The notes under the pieces: model-generated | The model's database searches: none | What the model saw: the letters and a program-made list of their open reading frames with translations, nothing else | Told to the model about the DNA's origin: nothing | Translations under genes and position numbers: made by a program | Assembly: GCF_024298765.1 (NCBI RefSeq) | Contig: NZ_CP101210.1 | Strand: one strand, 5' to 3' | Length of the DNA stretch: 64,000 bases | From: Escherichia coli | GTDB taxonomy: Bacteria > Pseudomonadota > Gammaproteobacteria > Enterobacterales > Enterobacteriaceae | In this document: positions 57,861-64,000 of the stretch, piece by piece | How positions within the stretch are numbered: position 1 is the stretch's first letter | Layout of the letters: each line of letters opens with the position of its first letter

Positions 57861-59474
57861 TCAATGCTTCACAATATACATAGTCCGACTGTACGCCACA
57901 TCTTCCGGGTTATTAATGGGATAACCTTTCAGCCACGGCTTGATTAATCGTCCATTGGTATATTGATAAATTGGTGCAATCGGTGCTTGCTCCATGAGGA
58001 TTTTTTCTGCCGCATTGTAATCGGCATTACGCGCTTTAACGGTATTTTCCGTTGATGCCTGGGCCAGTACTTTGTCGTATGCCGGATTGTTAAAGCGTGA
58101 AATATTTCCTGAATGCGTTGACGTTAATAATGTCAGGAAAGTGGAGGGTTCATTATAATCCCCTACCCACGAGGCTCGGATAACATCAAAATTGCCGGTG
58201 TTACGGCTATCGATATAGGTTTTCCATTCCTGATTTTGCAATTTAACATCTAAGCCAAGGTTCTTTTTCCACATTGATGCTACAGCAATCGCAATTTTTT
58301 GATGGTTTTCTGAAGTGTTATACAAAAGCGTCAGCTTCAGCGGTTTTTGCGGACCATAACCAGCTGCGCTCAACAAAGTTTTTGCCTGCGCATTCAGTTC
58401 TTCCTGACTCATTTGTTCAAACGGCGAAGGTTCCGGCGTAAATCCTGCAGTAACATCTGGTGTAAAATGCCACGCTGGCTTTTCGCCCGTTCCCAACACT
58501 TTTTCGGTCATCAGGCGGCGATCTATCGTCATACTTAATGCCAGGCGAACACGCTGATCGGCCGTCGGCCCTTTTTGCGTGTTAAACGCATAATAATAGG
58601 TCCCGAGCTGTGGCGGCGTATAAACCTGCCCCGGAATATCCTTCAACAGCTTCTGATACATATTTTTCGGGAAGGATTCGGTGATATCAATATCCCCCGC
58701 GAGATAACGCTTAGTGGCTGCGGATTCCTGATTAATTGGCAGGAAGGTCACTTTTTGCAGCACCGTTTTGGCGTTATCCCAATAATGGGTATTCGGTACC
58801 ACGACCAGTTTTTCATTGACTACGCGCTCTTTAAGAACATAAGCGCCATTACCGATCAGATTTCCGGGTTTCGTCCACTCTTTACTGCTTTCTACGTTGG
58901 CTTTTTGCACCGGGAAGAAGGCAAAGTTAGCGGTTAAATTCACAAACCACGGCAACGGTTTATCAAGCTGGATTTTCAAAGTTTGGGCATCAACTGCGGT
59001 GACGCCAAGCTGGTCAGGCGCGGCTTTACCATCAATAATCGCCTGTGCGTTGTTGATTCCCGCCAGCGCGGCAAACCATGCAAATGGCGACAATGTTTTT
59101 GGGTCCACCAGACGTTGCCAGCTGTAGACAAAATCTTGCGCCGTTACCGGTGTGCCATCCGCCCATTTTGCGTTATCGCGCAGGGTAAAAGTCCAGATAC
59201 GGTTGTCATTACTTTTCCACTGAGTCGCAACGCCGGGGACAATCTCCCCTTTCTCGTTCTGATTCACCAGTCCTTCAAACAGATCGCGAATGACCTGAAT
59301 CTCTGGCAGGCCCACGGCTTTAGCGGGATCCAGCGACGCAGGCTCATCTTTAATGTGGCGCACCAGCTCCTGCTTCTCTGCCAGTACTGTGCCGCTCGGA
59401 ACTTCAGCAGCATACGAAAGAGAAATGCTGCTGACCAACAGCGCACAACACGTGACTGAAACAGAGTGCTTCAT
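57861..59474 (-). CDS. mppA: Periplasmic murein tripeptide-binding protein MppA
   Basis: ORF 57861..59495; start set at MKHSVSVTCCALLVSSISLSYA (537 aa, signal peptide); oligopeptide-binding fold. Confidence 0.9.
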   Translation of the reverse strand: MKHSVSVTCCALLVSSISLSYAAEVPSGTVLAEKQELVRHIKDEPASLDPAKAVGLPEIQVIRDLFEGLVNQNEKGEIVPGVATQWKSNDNRIWTFTLRDNAKWADGTPVTAQDFVYSWQRLVDPKTLSPFAWFAALAGINNAQAIIDGKAAPDQLGVTAVDAQTLKIQLDKPLPWFVNLTANFAFFPVQKANVESSKEWTKPGNLIGNGAYVLKERVVNEKLVVVPNTHYWDNAKTVLQKVTFLPINQESAATKRYLAGDIDITESFPKNMYQKLLKDIPGQVYTPPQLGTYYYAFNTQKGPTADQRVRLALSMTIDRRLMTEKVLGTGEKPAWHFTPDVTAGFTPEPSPFEQMSQEELNAQAKTLLSAAGYGPQKPLKLTLLYNTSENHQKIAIAVASMWKKNLGLDVKLQNQEWKTYIDSRNTGNFDVIRASWVGDYNEPSTFLTLLTSTHSGNISRFNNPAYDKVLAQASTENTVKARNADYNAAEKILMEQAPIAPIYQYTNGRLIKPWLKGYPINNPEDVAYSRTMYIVKH

Positions 59475-59531
59475 AAGTTTCCCTCTAACCGACATTAAAA
59501 TTGATGCGTAATTATTTGTTTCGCCTTAAAG

Positions 59532-59561
59532 AAATGCAAACAACTTCCATCAAAAAAGTGA
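59532..59561. promoter_or_regulatory. Conserved ~30-nt motif aaatgcaaacaacttcc-NN-caaaaaagtga (copy 1, 58-87 nt upstream of mppA start)
   Basis: 28/30 identity with copy 2 at 62643-62672. Confidence 0.5.
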
Positions 59562-59810
59562 CAAAGGAAGCATCAAATGTTTTAAGTATCAATATATCAA
59601 ATCAGATTTAGTGTAAATAATAGTCTCCAAAATGCGGTAAAGCACATAGAACTCCGAACACTACGTTCGGGCTTCGCACGTTCAAACCCGTTTTCGGTAT
59701 CATAATCAGCATCTGTCGCCATTGTACGAAGAATAAAAAATAACCAAAACGTTGAAAGGAACTGAGAATACGTTAAGAGAAAAATTAAATTAATGTATCA
59801 GCAAGTAGTG

Positions 59811-60710
59811 CTAAACAGCACCTTTATACTTCAGCCTATCTATAAATAATGAGAATGCCGAGCCAGCATGTCGACGGTGTGGATAGTACAGGTGATAACC
59901 GGGTAAATCTGGTGTGAATTTATCCAAAACACGTATCAGTTTTTTTTCTTTAATAGCCCGCTCAACCTGATCATAAGGTAGATACGCCAATCCATGCCCA
60001 TCAATTGCAGCATCAATGATCAGGTCTATCGTATTCAGTAAAAGCTGACCTTCCATGCGAACACGAACTTCACGTCCACCGCGTATTAATCTCCAGCGAT
60101 TTGCTGTACCCGATGTGGGAAGATACAAATTAATTGCCTGATGATCTATTAATTGTGACACTGAGGTTGGAGCACTTCGACGAGAAAAATAATCCGGTGA
60201 GCCAACAATAGCCATTGGTATATCTGGCCCGATTCGAATGGCGATCATATCTTTATCCATCTCCCCACCCAGACGGACGCCTGCATCAAAACGTTCAGAA
60301 ACGACATCGGTCAAACCATAATCAATGGTAAGCTGGATATCAATTTCAGGATGCGATTTCAGGAATGTGCGCATAGCTGGTAACAATATCGTTTTTGCTG
60401 CATGTTCTACAGTAGTAATACGTATTGTCCCGGATGGGCGGTTCTGCAGATCGCTCAGGGATGTCAGGGCAGAATCTATGTCATGCAACATAGGGCCAAG
60501 AACAGACAAAAGATGCTCGCCCGCTTCAGTGGGTACAACGCTGCGCGTGGTTCGTGTCAGAAGCCGCAATCCCAATCGTTCTTCTATACGGCGCACTATC
60601 TGGCTTAAAGCTGACTGCGCCATGCTCAGGCGGGCTGCTGCGCGAGTGAAGCTACGCTCCTCTGCAACGACGACAAACGCCATCAGATCAGCGATTTCTT
60701 CACGCTTCAT
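59811..60710 (-). CDS. pgrR: LysR-family regulator YcjZ (PgrR, regulator of peptidoglycan recycling)
   Basis: 299-aa ORF with N-terminal LysR HTH; divergent from ycjY. Confidence 0.9.
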   Translation of the reverse strand: MKREEIADLMAFVVVAEERSFTRAAARLSMAQSALSQIVRRIEERLGLRLLTRTTRSVVPTEAGEHLLSVLGPMLHDIDSALTSLSDLQNRPSGTIRITTVEHAAKTILLPAMRTFLKSHPEIDIQLTIDYGLTDVVSERFDAGVRLGGEMDKDMIAIRIGPDIPMAIVGSPDYFSRRSAPTSVSQLIDHQAINLYLPTSGTANRWRLIRGGREVRVRMEGQLLLNTIDLIIDAAIDGHGLAYLPYDQVERAIKEKKLIRVLDKFTPDLPGYHLYYPHRRHAGSAFSLFIDRLKYKGAV

Positions 60711-60749
60711 TCAGTATCTCCATACAATCTATTAATCATTTAAATGATA

Positions 60750-60777
60750 GGTCTAATCATGATTTTGGGTCTAATCA
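60750..60777. promoter_or_regulatory. Direct repeats ggtctaatca (x2, 18-bp period) plus palindrome atcatttaaatgat in the ycjZ-ycjY divergent promoter
   Basis: Read directly; candidate LysR-type operator. Confidence 0.4.
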
Positions 60778-60835
60778 ACTTAATGATCAATATCTATAGT
60801 GATATCACCAACCGTCAAAACGAACCGACAACTCC

Positions 60836-61768
60836 ATGAGGAACGGAATGATGAATAATAAAGTCAGCTTCACTAACAGCAATAATCCAACCATCTCTTT
60901 GTCTGCAGTGATCTATTTCCCTCCAAAATTTGATGAAACCCGTCAGTATCCGGCAATTGTGGTATCTCACCCAGGTGGGGGCGTTAAAGAGCAAACGGCT
61001 GGAACCTATGCCGAAAAACTGGCGGAAAAGGGATTTGTCACTATTGCTTATGACGCATCTTATCAAGGTGAAAGCGGCGGCGAGCCGCGTCAGTTAGAAA
61101 ACCCATACATTCGTACTGAAGACGTCAGTGCCGTGATTGATTACCTGACAACGCTTTCTTATGTCGACAATAGCCGAATTGGTGCGATGGGAATTTGTGC
61201 CGGTGCAGGATATACAGCCAATGCTGCAATTCAGGATCGCCGCATCAAGGCCATCGGTACTGTTAGTGCGGTCAATATTGGTTCGATGTTCCGTAATGGT
61301 TGGGAAAACAATGTGAAATCTATAGATGCCCTACCATACGTTGACGCGGGTTCAAACGCCCGAACCAGCGATATTAGCAGCAGAGAATACGCCACTATGC
61401 CACTGGCACCAATGAAGGAGTCCGATGCGCCGAACGAAGAACTGCGTCAGGCCTGGGAGTATTACCATACCCCTCGCGCGCAGTATCCAACAGCACCGGG
61501 TTACGCTACTTTGCGCAGCCTTAACCAGATTATTACCTATGATGCTTACCATATGGCGGAAGTGTACCTGACTCAGCCGATACAGATTGTGGCGGGCAGC
61601 CAGGCAGGGAGCAAATGGATGAGTGACGACCTGTACGATCGAGCATCAAGCCAGGATAAACGCTATCACATTGTTGAAGGCGCAAACCATATGGATCTTT
61701 ATGACGGCAAAGTCTATGTGGCTGAAGCAATTTCAGTATTAGCTCCGTTCTTTGAGGAAACTCTGTAA
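60836..61768 (+). CDS. ycjY: Alpha/beta-hydrolase YcjY
   Basis: 310-aa ORF (start may be a few codons later), synteny. Confidence 0.8.
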   Translation: MRNGMMNNKVSFTNSNNPTISLSAVIYFPPKFDETRQYPAIVVSHPGGGVKEQTAGTYAEKLAEKGFVTIAYDASYQGESGGEPRQLENPYIRTEDVSAVIDYLTTLSYVDNSRIGAMGICAGAGYTANAAIQDRRIKAIGTVSAVNIGSMFRNGWENNVKSIDALPYVDAGSNARTSDISSREYATMPLAPMKESDAPNEELRQAWEYYHTPRAQYPTAPGYATLRSLNQIITYDAYHMAEVYLTQPIQIVAGSQAGSKWMSDDLYDRASSQDKRYHIVEGANHMDLYDGKVYVAEAISVLAPFFEETL

Positions 61769-61838
61769 TGAAACATATTCAAATCCGTAATAGTGATATG
61801 GCCTGGCATATTGCTGCCAATAATCTGGGAAAAGTTTC

Positions 61839-62477
61839 ATGAAAAATGTACTGATTCTTGGTGCTGGCGGTCAGATAGCCCGCCATGTGATTAATCAACT
61901 GGCAGATAAACAAACCATTAAACAAACTTTATTTGCCCGTCAGCCAGCAAAAATCCACAAACCCTATCCCACTAATAGCAAGATTATTATGGGGGATGTA
62001 CTGAATCATGCAGCACTGAAGCAGGCCATGCAGGGACAGGATGTTGTGTATGCCAACCTTACGGGGGAAGATTTAGATATTCAGGCAAATTCAGTGATCG
62101 CTGCGATGAAAGCCGGTGATGTTAAACGTCTGATCTTTGTTCTTTCCCTCGGTATTTATGATGAAGTTCCAGGAAAATTTGGCGAATGGAATAATGCAGT
62201 TATTGGTGAACCCCTAAAACCATTCCGCAGGGCTGCAGATGCAATTGAGGCTTCTGGACTGGAATATACAATTCTTCGCCCTGCCTGGCTGACTGATGAA
62301 GATATTATTGATTATGAGCTTACCTCACGCAATGAACCATTCAAAGGTACGATCGTATCACGTAAGAGTGTCGCAGCATTAATTACAGATATCATCGATA
62401 AACCTGAGAAACACATTGGTGAGAATATAGGAATCAATCAACCCGGGACTGATGGCGATAAGCCATTCTTCATGTAA
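61839..62477 (+). CDS. ymjC: NAD(P)H-binding (NmrA/SDR-like) protein, intact ymjC/ymjD-type gene
   Basis: 212-aa uninterrupted ORF with Rossmann motif GAGGQIA. Confidence 0.7.
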   Translation: MKNVLILGAGGQIARHVINQLADKQTIKQTLFARQPAKIHKPYPTNSKIIMGDVLNHAALKQAMQGQDVVYANLTGEDLDIQANSVIAAMKAGDVKRLIFVLSLGIYDEVPGKFGEWNNAVIGEPLKPFRRAADAIEASGLEYTILRPAWLTDEDIIDYELTSRNEPFKGTIVSRKSVAALITDIIDKPEKHIGENIGINQPGTDGDKPFFM

Positions 62478-62495
62478 ATCAATTATATAGCTACC

Positions 62496-62530
62496 ATCGT
62501 ACTGTACTATGTGCAGTACGATTTATTAAA
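62496..62530 (+). terminator. Hairpin after ymjC (atcgtactg...cagtacgat) followed by T-rich run
   Basis: 9-bp perfect stem. Confidence 0.55.
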
Positions 62531-62642
62531 CTTATTAAGGTGAACTGATCAATCAGATGCGATTAACATGTGTAGAACCAGTAAGAATAAAATACGCCAT
62601 GTATATAACATTACGACAATTCTAATATCTGCACATCAATGA

Positions 62643-62672
62643 AAATGCAAACAACTTCCGGCAAAAAAGTGA
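62643..62672. promoter_or_regulatory. Conserved ~30-nt motif (copy 2, ~95-125 nt upstream of mpaA start)
   Basis: 28/30 identity with copy 1 at 59532-59561. Confidence 0.5.
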
Positions 62673-62767
62673 TACAAGATCGATAACATAGCGTTGAAGA
62701 AAAGGATTTGATAATCCGCAAAATTTGCACAACACTGCCTGTAATACTTCCTGAACCAGAGACGATC

Positions 62768-63496
62768 ATGACCGTAACTCGCCCACGCGCCGAACGCGGC
62801 GCATTTCCGCCCGGTACAGAACATTACGGACGTTCATTATTGGGCGCGCCGTTAATCTGGTTTCCGGCCCCTGCAGCCAGTCACGAAAGTGGTTTGATTC
62901 TGGCTGGCACTCACGGTGATGAAAACTCTTCGATCGTCACGCTCTCCTGTGCTCTGCGGACTTTGACACCGTCTTTGCGCCGCCATCATGTGGTGCTGTG
63001 TGTGAATCCTGACGGCTGCCAGTTAGGGTTACGGGCCAATGCTAATGGTGTGGATTTAAACCGAAACTTTCCGGCGGCGAACTGGAAGGAAGGTGAAACC
63101 GTTTATCGCTGGAACAGCGCCGCTGAAGAACGTGATGTCGTATTGCTGACAGGTGACAAACCTGGCTCCGAACCTGAAACCCAGGCGCTGTGCCAGCTTA
63201 TACACCGCATTCAACCTGCCTGGGTGGTCTCATTCCACGATCCGCTGGCCTGTATTGAAGATCCCAGACACAGCGAATTAGGTGAATGGCTGGCCCAGGC
63301 GTTTGAATTGCCTCTGGTAACCAGCGTCGGTTATGAAACGCCTGGCTCTTTCGGTAGTTGGTGTGCAGATCTCAACTTGCATTGCATCACCGCAGAGTTT
63401 CCACCCATCTCCTCCGACGAAGCCAGCGAAAAATATCTCTTTGCGATGGCAAACTTGCTGCGCTGGCATCCTAAAGATGCAATTCGCCCGTCGTGA
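62768..63496 (+). CDS. mpaA: Murein peptide amidase A (gamma-D-Glu-Dap amidase) MpaA
   Basis: ORF 62708..63496; start set at MTVTRPRAERGAFPPGTEHYG (242 aa); zinc-carboxypeptidase-like HxxE motif. Confidence 0.9.
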   Translation: MTVTRPRAERGAFPPGTEHYGRSLLGAPLIWFPAPAASHESGLILAGTHGDENSSIVTLSCALRTLTPSLRRHHVVLCVNPDGCQLGLRANANGVDLNRNFPAANWKEGETVYRWNSAAEERDVVLLTGDKPGSEPETQALCQLIHRIQPAWVVSFHDPLACIEDPRHSELGEWLAQAFELPLVTSVGYETPGSFGSWCADLNLHCITAEFPPISSDEASEKYLFAMANLLRWHPKDAIRPS

Positions 63497-64000
63497 ACTG
63501 AAGCGCCGGTTCCACATCTACCGCCAGCCAGGTCGGTCCGTCAAGATCGGCGAAACTGACCTGCGGCACCAGCGGTAAAGCGGCGCTAATGGCCCGAGAG
63601 GTACACAACATGCAGCCCAGCATCAGACGAAAACCTTGTGCACGCGCTTCAGTCGCCAGCGCCAGCGCTTCCGTCAGACCACCGGTTTTATCAAGCTTAA
63701 TGTTAACCATCTCATAGCGCCCTTTCAGCGCCTTCAGATTGCTACGAGTATGACAACTTTCATCAGCACAAATCGGTAACGGATGAATAAAATTCTCCAG
63801 CGCCGCATCGTCCTGCGCAGGGAGCGGTTGTTCAAGCATCGCAACGCCTAAATCCGCCAATAGCTGGCAACGCGCCGCCAACCCTTCTGCACGCCAGGAT
63901 TCATTTGCGTCAACGATCAGCGTCGCATCGGGCACAGCGGTGCGAATTGCCACCATCCGCTCACTGATAAGATGGTTATCCAGCTTTACTTTCAGTAATT
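63471..64000 (-). CDS. ycjG: L-Ala-D/L-Glu epimerase YcjG (enolase superfamily), C-terminal part; gene continues beyond the window
   Basis: Minus-strand ORF open to the window edge; stop overlaps mpaA end. Confidence 0.85.
   Translation of the reverse strand, partial: LLKVKLDNHLISERMVAIRTAVPDATLIVDANESWRAEGLAARCQLLADLGVAMLEQPLPAQDDAALENFIHPLPICADESCHTRSNLKALKGRYEMVNIKLDKTGGLTEALALATEARAQGFRLMLGCMLCTSRAISAALPLVPQVSFADLDGPTWLAVDVEPALQFTTGELHL

Overview
This window reads as an Escherichia coli-type chromosomal segment, colinear but inverted relative to my memory of K-12 MG1655 at about 1.38-1.50 Mb (ycjG ... ydcO). Gene calls rest on the supplied ORF translations, which I recognise by sequence (tehA/tehB, aldA, ldhA, fnr, ogt, hrpA, trg, ydbK/pfo, ompN, ttcA, dbpA and others), plus synteny and protein length. 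No database search was run, so every comparison to K-12 is from memory. Coordinates I derived by hand (small RNAs, repeats, IS ends, terminators) may be off by 1-3 nt.

Most of the window is ordinary core genome: about 60 protein genes, four known small RNAs (rydC, micC, fnrS, mcaS-like) and the hokB/mokB type I toxin locus. No rRNA, tRNA, CRISPR array or prophage was found.

The accessory content that stands out:
- An AT-rich island at about 48.4-53.2 kb carrying a DHA2-type MFS pump, an EmrA/HlyD-type membrane fusion protein and a divergent AraC-family regulator. The regulator is split by a complete 1057-bp IS903-type element with a perfect 9-bp target duplication (AAGCGGAAA).
- A (CGTTA)9 pentanucleotide microsatellite inside a decayed ydbD-like gene. 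On the coding strand the repeat reads TAACG, which puts a TAA stop in every frame.
- An IS200-type element between ydbC and the ydbD-like gene.
- An unannotated 57-codon proline-rich ORF with a strong ribosome-binding site between the fnrS terminator and dbpA.
- A shared ~30-nt motif upstream of both mppA and mpaA, flanking ycjZ (pgrR).

Relative to K-12 as I remember it, this strain also lacks the Rac prophage at ttcA, the feaB-tynA-paa cluster (only paaY and short paaX/feaR remnants remain), ydbA, the abgRAB operon and the IS609 copy between ydcL and ydcO, while gapC and ymjC are intact.
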